Source: a virus. From it: DNA of 64,000 nucleotides. The stretch covers positions 32,001 to 96,000 of the IMG/VR virus record IMGVR_UViG_3300027906_000002. The stretch is one strand, 5' to 3'. The translations under genes were made by a program, and so were the position numbers. Shown one piece after another: positions 26,847 to 33,944 of the stretch; positions within the stretch are counted from its first letter, which is position 1, and each line of letters starts with the position of its first letter. Under the pieces are notes generated by a model, which was not told where the DNA came from, ran no database searches, and saw nothing but the letters and a program-made list of their open reading frames with translations.

Positions 26847-27137
26847 ATGCCAACTGCAACACCTCGTAAGACTTCAACTGCAACACCACGCAAGAGAAGA
26901 ACACGCAAGGCAACTGCAAAGAAAGTAACACCAACTCCACTAAATACAACAGTCGAAACTAAACTCAATGGAGATCCTATTGTGACTGAAACTGTTAACA
27001 ATGAAGTGAAAGTTGATGTGAAAAGAAGAAACCTAACCGAGTTAAATGGTCTTGAGTTAGTAATACTTCCTCTAGTATATCTTGAGGGATTTGTTAAACT
27101 AATCCTAAAAGAGACTGGAGTATTAGAAACAGTGTGA
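26847..27137 (+). CDS. Basic protein with TPRK repeats (possible nucleic-acid binder)
   Basis: 10 K/R and no acidic residue in the first 27 aa; 'TATPRK' twice; hydrophobic C-terminal segment. Confidence 0.7.
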   Translation: MPTATPRKTSTATPRKRRTRKATAKKVTPTPLNTTVETKLNGDPIVTETVNNEVKVDVKRRNLTELNGLELVILPLVYLEGFVKLILKETGVLETV

Positions 27138-27192
27138 CAGTTAAACAACCTACACACTGAGACCCCATAAGGGGTCTTTTTTTGTGTATAAT
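27133..27192 (+). promoter_or_regulatory. Early promoter with palindromic element
   Basis: TGTGACAG-ttaaacaa-CCTACACA (27133-56); TG-TATAAT (27187-92). Confidence 0.75.
27160..27183 (+). terminator. Intrinsic terminator inside the promoter
   Basis: AGACCCC-ataa-GGGGTCT followed by a T-run. Confidence 0.8.
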
Positions 27193-27216
27193 GATTATGT
27201 CCTTTGAAATGATTCT

Positions 27217-28467
27217 TTGAAAGACGCATTGAGACCACACCAGCAGAGAGCATATGATAAGATGACCACTGAGAATTCAGGTCAGATTATTATACCTACT
27301 GGTGGTGGCAAAACATTCATTATGATAGCAGATTGTCATAGATTAGTAACAACAACTCCTCGTAGTCCTCAGACTATTGTTGTAGTTGCACCACGCATAT
27401 TGCTTGCTAATCAGTTATCTAACGAGTTTGAATCTGCACTTCCTGATGTTAAGATAGCACATGTACATTCTGGTGAAACTCATCATTTTAGTACAACAGA
27501 TCACAGGTTTTTAACACATTGGGGTTGCTCTAATCCTCAGTATGATAAGTTAATCTTTACCACCTATCATTCACTCCACAGAGTATTAGATAGCATGGTA
27601 AATATCAACAGAATATACTTTGATGAGGCACACAATGGCACTAGCAAAGTATTCTTTAAGCAGATAAAGAGAATCGCTGAGTTACAAATACCACGCTTCT
27701 TCTTTACTGCTACACCACGCATTTCACGCTCTAAGAATAGTATTAGTGCGGAACGTGGTATGAACAATGCGGAGATATATGGTGAAAAGTTAGAAGAAAC
27801 ATCTGCTAAGGAGTTAATAGATAGTGGCACTATCTTATACCCTAAAGTTATACCATTTGAGACCGATAGAGAGCGTACTAAACAGAACGCACATGAGGTT
27901 GATAGTGATAACTTAAAGGACATACTTAACTCCTTAACTGATAACAATCCAAAGGTACTTGTGAGTGCTCCAACAACAAGAATCATGTGGAATATGCTAT
28001 CACAAACTGATATTCAGTCATGGTTATTAGAGCATGATTATAACATCATGCACATCACATCTAAACATGGTGCTGTTATCAATGGTAAGAAAGTAGGAAG
28101 GGAAAAGTTCTTCCAAACCCTTACAGATTGGGGCAAAGATGATAACAAAAGGTTTGTAATCTTCCACTATAGTATACTATCAGAAGGCATAAATGTTCCT
28201 GGTTTGACTCATTCAATCATGCTTAGAAACTTACCTACCATTGAAATGGCACAGACAATAGGTAGAGTTATCAGGATACATGAGAAGGATAGAGTATCAA
28301 TGAAGGATGGTAAGATACCTGCTGGTCAGTATAACTTATACCATAAAAGTCATGGTCAAATTGTTGTACCTATGACTGGTAAGTATGGTCAAAGAATAGC
28401 AGATAGATTGAAATCTATTGTTTCATATATCTTTATAGAGGGTATTCCACCAAGAGCATACGTCTAG
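27217..28467 (+). CDS. SF2 DEAH-box helicase (Res-subunit-like, no nuclease domain)
   Basis: Walker A 'IPTGGGKT', 'FDEAH', 'TATP', 'ILSEGINVP', 'QTIGRVIR'; 416 aa, TTG start. Confidence 0.9.
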   Translation: MKDALRPHQQRAYDKMTTENSGQIIIPTGGGKTFIMIADCHRLVTTTPRSPQTIVVVAPRILLANQLSNEFESALPDVKIAHVHSGETHHFSTTDHRFLTHWGCSNPQYDKLIFTTYHSLHRVLDSMVNINRIYFDEAHNGTSKVFFKQIKRIAELQIPRFFFTATPRISRSKNSISAERGMNNAEIYGEKLEETSAKELIDSGTILYPKVIPFETDRERTKQNAHEVDSDNLKDILNSLTDNNPKVLVSAPTTRIMWNMLSQTDIQSWLLEHDYNIMHITSKHGAVINGKKVGREKFFQTLTDWGKDDNKRFVIFHYSILSEGINVPGLTHSIMLRNLPTIEMAQTIGRVIRIHEKDRVSMKDGKIPAGQYNLYHKSHGQIVVPMTGKYGQRIADRLKSIVSYIFIEGIPPRAYV

Positions 28468-28525
28468 TGTGCCAGTCTGTAAACTGCACACTATTCTCCC
28501 CACTGCCTCTAAAATGACCTATAAT
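28468..28525 (+). promoter_or_regulatory. Early promoter with palindromic element (23 bp variant)
   Basis: TGTGCCAG-tctgtaaa-CTGCACA (28468-90); TATAAT (28520-25). Confidence 0.75.
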
Positions 28526-28552
28526 AACAGAGTACCAAACAAAGACACCTTT

Positions 28553-28882
28553 ATGACAGTCTCCAACCTATCTCAAACAGCACGAGTTGAAATGTGGGTT
28601 TTGGATTTGGTAGATGCACTTGAAGCAAACTACACAAGTCGTTACCCTGATTCACCTAATCCTGTAAAGTTTGAAACTAAGGTAGGTAAGAAGTACATCA
28701 AAATTATTCAAGTTGATGGAGGTGTTCATGCTTTCATTGATAAGAATACAGGTGAAGTTTATAAACCTGCATCTTGGAAATCACCAGCAAAGCACGTTAG
28801 ATATGATTTAAGGATCATTAATCAACGTCAAGAGTGTTATTCAAGAGCAGATTGGGCAGGTGGTTATCTTTACATAAGATAA
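28553..28882 (+). CDS. Phage hypothetical protein, 109 aa
   Basis: ATG 28553 lies after the promoter; 'GKKYIKI...VHAFIDKNTGEVYKPASWKSPAKHVRY...WAGGYLY'. Confidence 0.8.
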   Translation: MTVSNLSQTARVEMWVLDLVDALEANYTSRYPDSPNPVKFETKVGKKYIKIIQVDGGVHAFIDKNTGEVYKPASWKSPAKHVRYDLRIINQRQECYSRADWAGGYLYIR

Positions 28883-28891
28883 TCAATCATT

Positions 28892-28919
28892 AGTCCTAAG
28901 TATGACTCTAAACTGCTTA
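28892..28919 (+). other. Predicted compact H-type pseudoknot in intergenic RNA
   Basis: S1 AGTC/GACT (28892-95/28904-07); S2 TAAGTA/TGCTTA (28897-902/28914-19, one G-U). Confidence 0.4.
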
Positions 28920-28945
28920 TTGTAAATTTACTTTCTCACTTTATC

Positions 28946-29047
28946 ATGTCATTTAATCCTGAAGTTGCACTATTCAATCTACTTGAAGATGCACAAACAG
29001 CAGCAGAATTACTAGCAGTAATTGATGACTACATTGCTAACAGTTAG
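28946..29047 (+). CDS. Micro-protein, 33 aa (not in track)
   Basis: MSFNPEVALFNLLEDAQTAAELLAVIDDYIANS, followed by a terminator. Confidence 0.6.
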   Translation: MSFNPEVALFNLLEDAQTAAELLAVIDDYIANS

Positions 29048-29055
29048 TAACACTT

Positions 29056-29081
29056 AGGGGGGATCATTTCCCCCCTTTTTT
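29056..29081 (+). terminator. Intrinsic terminator
   Basis: AGGGGGG-atcattt-CCCCCCT followed by a T-run. Confidence 0.8.
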
Positions 29082-29103
29082 ATCACCCATTTGTTAAATA
29101 ACT

Positions 29104-29238
29104 ATGAACACATCAATCCGTTATTGGTTCCCTGATACCAGACAGTGCAGATATTTGTACTTTAAAACATACCAACAGGCACTAGATTGTATTGAATTGT
29201 TTAAACAAATCGAGGTAAGATCGGAGGTAATTGTATGA
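29104..29238 (+). CDS. Hypothetical protein, 44 aa (not in track)
   Basis: MNTSIRYWFPDTRQCRYLYFKTYQQALDCIELFKQIEVRSEVIV. Confidence 0.65.
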   Translation: MNTSIRYWFPDTRQCRYLYFKTYQQALDCIELFKQIEVRSEVIV

Positions 29239-29399
29239 CTGAACCATACACAATTGAAACGAGTTGTTATACAATAGACTTTACAAATAGGAAGGCATAT
29301 GAAGATGTATTGAAGGAATGTGAGAGACTAAGTGTTAATATGGATTACTACTTCTTAGAGTTTGACACAACAGACACCGAACCAGAAGCATATATGTGA
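29235..29399 (+). CDS. Hypothetical protein, 54 aa (not in track)
   Basis: GGAGG RBS, ATGA overlap; MTEPYTIETSCYTIDF...EPEAYM. Confidence 0.65.
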   Translation: MTEPYTIETSCYTIDFTNRKAYEDVLKECERLSVNMDYYFLEFDTTDTEPEAYM

Positions 29400-29454
29400 C
29401 AGTTAACTAAGTTGCACACTAAACCCCCATTTTGGGGGTTTTATCGTTTATAAT
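29395..29454 (+). promoter_or_regulatory. Early promoter with palindromic element
   Basis: TGTGACAG-ttaactaa-GTTGCACA (29395-418); TATAAT (29449-54). Confidence 0.8.
29421..29442 (+). terminator. Hairpin/terminator inside the promoter
   Basis: AAACCCCC-atttt-GGGGGTTT-T. Confidence 0.7.
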
Positions 29455-29479
29455 AAGAATGTTCAAACGAATTCAACCC

Positions 29480-29599
29480 ATGAACACAAATCTTTCAAAA
29501 GAAGTGTATGAGCAGTTGTTGAACCCAACTCCAACAATTCGTTATTACTTCTTATCAAACTTAACAACCAAATCTACAACTAAGGGAGGTAAAAAGTAA
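29480..29599 (+). CDS. Micro-protein, 39 aa (not in track)
   Basis: MNTNLSKEVYEQLLNPTPTIRYYFLSNLTTKSTTKGGKK; TAATG coupling. Confidence 0.55.
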   Translation: MNTNLSKEVYEQLLNPTPTIRYYFLSNLTTKSTTKGGKK

Positions 29600-29838
29600 T
29601 GAATAACTTACAAGAATTCATTGATTATGTGTGGAGTTTCTATAACCCACAATCTGACCTTTACCCTATTAAAGGTTTAACAAAGAACGACATATTAGAG
29701 GCAAGTTGGTTATACTTGCAGATGTGTTGTTATCCATCAATGCCCGAATATACTTGGGGTGATGGTGATAGTTTAGATAGAGAACATGTAAGAGATATTT
29801 TACTACAGAGTCCTCAATTTTCCTTTGGAGGTGCATGA
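29599..29838 (+). CDS. Hypothetical protein, 79 aa
   Basis: GGAGG RBS; track ORF. Confidence 0.75.
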   Translation: MNNLQEFIDYVWSFYNPQSDLYPIKGLTKNDILEASWLYLQMCCYPSMPEYTWGDGDSLDREHVRDILLQSPQFSFGGA

Positions 29839-29996
29839 CTAACATCACAAGATACACTCGTGCTGGTAAGAATGGGAAGCAAATTGCATGTCCTAAATGT
29901 GAATCAGTACGAACAGTTTATCACTTCAACTTCTCAGGATTAACATGTCCTGATTGTAAACAATCCATCACCAAATATGACTGGAGGTTAGCATGA
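29835..29996 (+). CDS. Zn-ribbon micro-protein, 53 aa (not in track)
   Basis: Two CxxC knuckles: 'IACPKCES...LTCPDCKQ'; GGAGG RBS. Confidence 0.75.
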   Translation: MTNITRYTRAGKNGKQIACPKCESVRTVYHFNFSGLTCPDCKQSITKYDWRLA

Positions 29997-30127
29997 AACT
30001 ATTCCTCTTAATCATCATCGGATTATTATTATATAACTCCGAAGATTCTCGTTATTTTATTAGTGACCAACTACAAAATGCGAGTGAGTTTGTAAGACCA
30101 GAACCAACAATCCAAGTGAGGTACTAA
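29993..30127 (+). CDS. Small protein with N-terminal hydrophobic segment, 44 aa (not in track)
   Basis: MKLFLLIIIGLLLYNSEDSRYF...; GGAGG RBS. Confidence 0.65.
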   Translation: MKLFLLIIIGLLLYNSEDSRYFISDQLQNASEFVRPEPTIQVRY

Positions 30128-30128
30128 C

Positions 30129-30434
30129 ATGAACTACAGACAATCTGCAAATCCAAATGCAACAAATAGTGAGTTAGATGCTAAGAAGATAGTATATCCT
30201 AGCATCCCTAATTGTGAGTTGCCAGTATCACTAACTGAAGAACAAATCTCCACGATTCTTTATATCATGGAGGGATATATTGTAAATTCAGATGATACTA
30301 ATGATGAGCAATTTAATAATGATGTTGATGACATCTTTGAGAAGTTAGAGACCGCAGTTGATATACACTATGCGGAATTAGACGCACTATGTAACACTAA
30401 CCCTGAACCATTCATTCCTACTTTCCATGACTAA
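30129..30434 (+). CDS. Acidic hypothetical protein, 101 aa
   Basis: Track ORF, GAGG RBS. Confidence 0.7.
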   Translation: MNYRQSANPNATNSELDAKKIVYPSIPNCELPVSLTEEQISTILYIMEGYIVNSDDTNDEQFNNDVDDIFEKLETAVDIHYAELDALCNTNPEPFIPTFHD

Positions 30435-30684
30435 TTCATCCCCTAAAGTATCATTCACACCAGATCAAAAGAGAGAACTAATTGAACAGTATGCTGAACT
30501 CTTAGTTGATAACATGGATCCTAAAACTCTTGCACAATATGTGTATGAAGACCTCGTATATACATACGAACAATCATCATCACAAGAGTTAAAAGAGCAG
30601 ATAGATGATTATGACCCTGAGTTATTTGATGAGTTACTTGATAACGTAACCGCACCAAGTGTGAGTCTAAATGTAATTAAATAA
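30427..30684 (+). CDS. Acidic hypothetical protein, 85 aa
   Basis: Track ORF overlapping the previous stop. Confidence 0.75.
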   Translation: MTNSSPKVSFTPDQKRELIEQYAELLVDNMDPKTLAQYVYEDLVYTYEQSSSQELKEQIDDYDPELFDELLDNVTAPSVSLNVIK

Positions 30685-30698
30685 GAGTCAAGACATAG

Positions 30699-30758
30699 TG
30701 TGTCAGTTTACATACTGGCACACATTTTTCCCATATGGGGTGGTTGTGTGTGTATAAT
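30699..30758 (+). promoter_or_regulatory. Early promoter with palindromic element
   Basis: TGTGTCAG-tttacata-CTGGCACA (30699-722); TG-TATAAT (30753-58). Confidence 0.8.
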
Positions 30759-30782
30759 AGGTATATACACGAAAGAACTCTT

Positions 30783-30992
30783 ATGTCAAAAACTCAAACC
30801 ATCATCAACAGAATTCTAGAAGTTGAGAACTTCCAGAATGTCGCTTGCGTATGTGCTGACTGGTCTGAGTTTGTACAAGAACTAAGCGAGTGGGGTGTTT
30901 ATGGGTGTGCTAAGATCGATTTCTTAGATGCTGATCTAGACATCCCAACACTTGATAAGTTCATGGTAACCGAAAACGGTTACATCAGATAA
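30783..30992 (+). CDS. Hypothetical protein, 69 aa
   Basis: ATG 30783 is downstream of the promoter; the track start 30735 lies inside it. Confidence 0.75.
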   Translation: MSKTQTIINRILEVENFQNVACVCADWSEFVQELSEWGVYGCAKIDFLDADLDIPTLDKFMVTENGYIR

Positions 30993-30996
30993 ACCC

Positions 30997-31056
30997 TGTG
31001 GCAGTCTAGGAAGTGGCACAAGGTCGCTTGATTTATGCCCCAATCTGTGCTATATT
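30997..31056 (+). promoter_or_regulatory. Early promoter with palindromic element
   Basis: TGTGGCAG-tctaggaa-GTGGCACA (30997-31020); TTGATT (31028-33), 17 nt, TATATT (31051-56). Confidence 0.82.
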
Positions 31057-31119
31057 AAGTACATAATCAAGGAAGACCAAATTTCTTGATCTCCAGAACA
31101 AACATTCAATTTCAAAATT

Positions 31120-31422
31120 ATGTCAAAATCTTTATTTCAACAATCCATCAACCTATGTGAAGACTACTTAGGTTTTGAGTGGTCACAAGGTGTTCGCACC
31201 TCTATCTTCGATTCTTACAGACGTGAGAACGATTTAGATCCTAGTCTTTCAATCTACCATTACGGTGGAGACCGTTTCGAGGTTCGTTCTATGAACTATT
31301 CTGATTCAACTGGTTGCATTGTAGGCGATCAGGTCGATCTTGGTTCTTTTGATAACATCTACGATGCACAAGATTGTGCCGAAGATTATCTAAAAGATCT
31401 ACTATTAAACCTCGGTGTTTAA
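31120..31422 (+). CDS. Hypothetical protein, 100 aa
   Basis: Track ORF. Confidence 0.75.
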   Translation: MSKSLFQQSINLCEDYLGFEWSQGVRTSIFDSYRRENDLDPSLSIYHYGGDRFEVRSMNYSDSTGCIVGDQVDLGSFDNIYDAQDCAEDYLKDLLLNLGV

Positions 31423-31453
31423 TAGTTACCAGCACACATTACAGAGTTTTATT

Positions 31454-31714
31454 ATGCAACTTTCTTCTAAATCTGGTCACATGGTTAGTGACTACTACCC
31501 TGTAAAAACACGTAACGGTGTTAAACAGTATGATAGAGTTCTCAGAATTCTAACATTTATGGGACAAACTATGTCCAAAAGAATTATGACTACTCAACAG
31601 TATGTCAATGAAGTTTATGACAAAATCCATCAATTTGAGTACGTTGATAACAACGTAGATCACTCAAATATGTGGCAGTTTGTATCATCTACGGAGGTAA
31701 CTTACCATGTATAG
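31454..31714 (+). CDS. Hypothetical protein, 86 aa
   Basis: ATG 31454 preferred over the track's GTG 31415. Confidence 0.7.
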   Translation: MQLSSKSGHMVSDYYPVKTRNGVKQYDRVLRILTFMGQTMSKRIMTTQQYVNEVYDKIHQFEYVDNNVDHSNMWQFVSSTEVTYHV

Positions 31715-31934
31715 TAGTGATGCTTTCGGTAGAATCTTCTGGGTTGATGATAACTTCGATTTCAAATCATGCCCACTATGTGTAGATGGGACTGGTGATT
31801 TTGACTGTGAAGATTATGTATCAGACTGGACAGATTGGGAGGGAGTTAATATGAGTTTGCTCTTCCAAATACACAAGACTTGTTTACATTTAAAGCAAGA
31901 TCATTCTAACTCAATATCATTAGTAGGAGTTTAA
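31707..31934 (+). CDS. Hypothetical protein, 75 aa
   Basis: GGAGG RBS; track ORF. Confidence 0.75.
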   Translation: MYSSDAFGRIFWVDDNFDFKSCPLCVDGTGDFDCEDYVSDWTDWEGVNMSLLFQIHKTCLHLKQDHSNSISLVGV

Positions 31935-31939
31935 TTATT

Positions 31940-32068
31940 ATGTCATGTATTCAAAATGAAGAACTATTAGAAACAATCTATGAGGAACTTGCAGAAGAGT
32001 TTCCATTACTTAGTGACCAAGAATTACACGATTTAACTGTTGCTAAGTTTGAAGATATGTCCCACTAA
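31940..32068 (+). CDS. Acidic micro-protein, 42 aa (not in track)
   Basis: AGGAG RBS; MSCIQNEELLETIYEELAEEFPLLSDQELHDLTVAKFEDMSH. Confidence 0.7.
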   Translation: MSCIQNEELLETIYEELAEEFPLLSDQELHDLTVAKFEDMSH

Positions 32069-32113
32069 ATGTGGATCAAACGCCCGATTTTTTGCCCTCT
32101 CGCTATTAACCAA

Positions 32114-32332
32114 ATGACACAACTTGAAAAGGACATTGCATTTTGCATTGATGAATGTGAGATGTCAAATGAACAAATAGGTGACATATTACGTTGTTGT
32201 GAGAATTTAGGAGGCATACCTGTGGAATACTTTGCAGAGGAATTTGTCTTCCTAAGTGATAACGACACTAAGGTACATGATGATGATTACTTAAACATTG
32301 CTGAGTTTAATTCTATGTACTGGGAGGCATAA
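32114..32332 (+). CDS. Acidic hypothetical protein, about 72 aa
   Basis: Same frame as track ORF 32069; start uncertain (32069 or 32114). Confidence 0.65.
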   Translation: MTQLEKDIAFCIDECEMSNEQIGDILRCCENLGGIPVEYFAEEFVFLSDNDTKVHDDDYLNIAEFNSMYWEA

Positions 32333-32334
32333 AT

Positions 32335-32652
32335 ATGGACGTAATCATCACTCCTGATTATCAACAACGACACCCTAATCCCCCTATGCCAGTATATCGA
32401 GATTACGAAATCACTATTAATTTGAATGAATTAGTAGAACATTCTATCCCACTATGTGATGTCAGACATCCTGACCATTGTTTAACATCAGACCAGATAG
32501 ATGAACTCGCTCATTGTTTGCGAGGAGAGTTAGATTTCACCCCTATCTTTAATCAAGCATACGCAATTATTAAGGAGTATGTTACTAAGAGTGGCACAGA
32601 ATTGCCGAGTGAAAATAACAATCAACTAGACAAACATTTGCACTATAAGTAA
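32335..32652 (+). CDS. Hypothetical protein, 105 aa
   Basis: GGAGG RBS; track ORF. Confidence 0.7.
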   Translation: MDVIITPDYQQRHPNPPMPVYRDYEITINLNELVEHSIPLCDVRHPDHCLTSDQIDELAHCLRGELDFTPIFNQAYAIIKEYVTKSGTELPSENNNQLDKHLHYK

Positions 32653-32673
32653 TAACAACAGTATCTTACTATT

Positions 32674-32907
32674 ATGCAACCAATTATCCTAATTCAGTGG
32701 AATACATTAACAACTGGTTGGGATAGTTATGTAAATACATTCTCATCTAATGAACAAATGACCTACCTTGACTTGTTAACAACTCTGGAAAACTTGCCAG
32801 AGGAAGAGTTACTTAAACCAGTAACATTGTATGACGAAGATGTAAATGACTATTTGAAAGTTAGACGAGTTGAACAGAAAGAATTCGACACATATTTAAT
32901 CATCTGA
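32674..32907 (+). CDS. Hypothetical protein, 77 aa
   Basis: Track ORF. Confidence 0.6.
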   Translation: MQPIILIQWNTLTTGWDSYVNTFSSNEQMTYLDLLTTLENLPEEELLKPVTLYDEDVNDYLKVRRVEQKEFDTYLII

Positions 32908-32995
32908 TTATGACTTATGATGATATGATTAACATCAACTCACATATAATAATGTTGATGATTATGCTCTCTAGTTAACACTCACTTCTAAACAA

Positions 32996-33181
32996 ATGCA
33001 GTATAAAGTATATGATTCTAAAGACAAATTACATGGCACGTTTGAATCAGTTTTAGATCTCGAATTGTACATGGATGCTGTTAGAAACTCTAGGGGAGAA
33101 AGGTATAAAGATTTACCTAAACATTCGTGCTTTGATTATATCAAATCTATCGGATGGTTTATGGACATTGTTGACAATTAG
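32996..33181 (+). CDS. Hypothetical protein, 61 aa
   Basis: Track ORF. Confidence 0.7.
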   Translation: MQYKVYDSKDKLHGTFESVLDLELYMDAVRNSRGERYKDLPKHSCFDYIKSIGWFMDIVDN

Positions 33182-33194
33182 TGGGGTTAATCAT

Positions 33195-33473
33195 ATGCGA
33201 TTCAATGACTTTAAGAAAGGACAAATTGTCCGTTTTAAAGATGAAGTAGGAGAGGTTAATTTCATTGACAAAATGTACATAACTCTTACACTGCATAGGT
33301 GGAAGAAACCCCCAGAATTAGCAGAAGGTAGTTGTTACCCATATGGAGAAGTTAACCTGCTATGTAACAATAAATACTGGGATGATTTGGAGTTGTTAAA
33401 TGATACGGAAGACACACAAGATAGTGCCGCTATGTATAAATCACAAGAGGGAAGATATGGAGACGTACAATGA
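33195..33473 (+). CDS. Hypothetical protein, 92 aa (possible SH3-like N-terminus)
   Basis: ATG 33195; 'FKKGQIVRFKDEVGEVNFI'. Confidence 0.7.
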   Translation: MRFNDFKKGQIVRFKDEVGEVNFIDKMYITLTLHRWKKPPELAEGSCYPYGEVNLLCNNKYWDDLELLNDTEDTQDSAAMYKSQEGRYGDVQ

Positions 33474-33634
33474 TAGATAACGAGAACAAAGAGTATGACT
33501 TGAATGTTACTCACGGAGAACAGATTAACTATGTGTTTATAACACTTAAGGAGTTAATCGTTATGCAATGGGAACACATCAGAGAACACAGATTATGGAC
33601 ACTATTTAACACCCCTGTGGAAAAGATTGACTAA
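33470..33634 (+). CDS. Hypothetical protein, 54 aa (not in track)
   Basis: ATGA overlap; MIDNENKEYDLNVTHGEQINYVF...VEKID. Confidence 0.55.
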   Translation: MIDNENKEYDLNVTHGEQINYVFITLKELIVMQWEHIREHRLWTLFNTPVEKID

Positions 33635-33703
33635 ATTGTGTAAAACAATTAAATGGTTAATTAAACTAGGTTGAGTGTTACTTACCTGTGGAAATGTGGA
33701 AAA
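33616..33703. other. Cluster of DnaA-box-like 9-mers (candidate replication origin)
   Basis: TGTGGAAAA 33616-24, TGTGTAAAA 33637-45, TGTGGAAAT 33687-95, TGTGGAAAA 33695-703 (reverse complement TTTTCCACA), with an AT-rich spacer. Confidence 0.5.
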
Positions 33704-33765
33704 CTAATACACTCTTAGCATACAATCTACCGACTGTCAAGTATAACGAGGATATCACAATATTC

Positions 33766-33794
33766 TTGCTAATTATCACAAATTATGGTATAAT
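33766..33794 (+). promoter_or_regulatory. Sigma70 promoter with no ORF of its own
   Basis: TTGCTA-17 nt-TG-TATAAT; degenerate half-site ATATCACA ends 30 nt before the -10. Confidence 0.7.
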
Positions 33795-33854
33795 TACCTT
33801 GTGAGAGGTTCAGAAACCCTTGGAGTATTTGCCCCCTATTGTTAACACATAGTA

Positions 33855-33913
33855 TGTGACAGTAGAGAAAGTGGCACACAGGTTGTTGTAAGTTGCCTCT
33901 GAGGGGTTATAAT
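33855..33913 (+). promoter_or_regulatory. Early promoter with palindromic element
   Basis: TGTGACAG-tagagaaa-GTGGCACA (33855-78); TATAAT (33908-13). Confidence 0.82.
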
Positions 33914-33944
33914 TAAAGAGTAACAAACAAAGGATCAATCCTAA

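Noticed and set aside
32908-32995. Possible 22-aa ORF MTYDDMININSHIIMLMIMLSS
   Set aside because: No RBS and low-complexity ATG-rich sequence; cannot be told apart from a decayed remnant.
21987-33194. Track start codons at 21987, 25678, 28469, 30735 and 33075
   Set aside because: They lie upstream of or within the predicted promoter, or overlap another gene; downstream ATGs (22029, 25693, 28553, 30783, 33195) fit better.
21964-33878. The 24 bp palindromes as a CRISPR array, CRP/NtcA sites or integron attC sites
   Set aside because: Spacing is irregular (0.3-2.9 kb) with genes in between and no cas or integrase; half-site spacing does not fit CRP or NtcA; no RYYYAAC/GTTRRRY ends.
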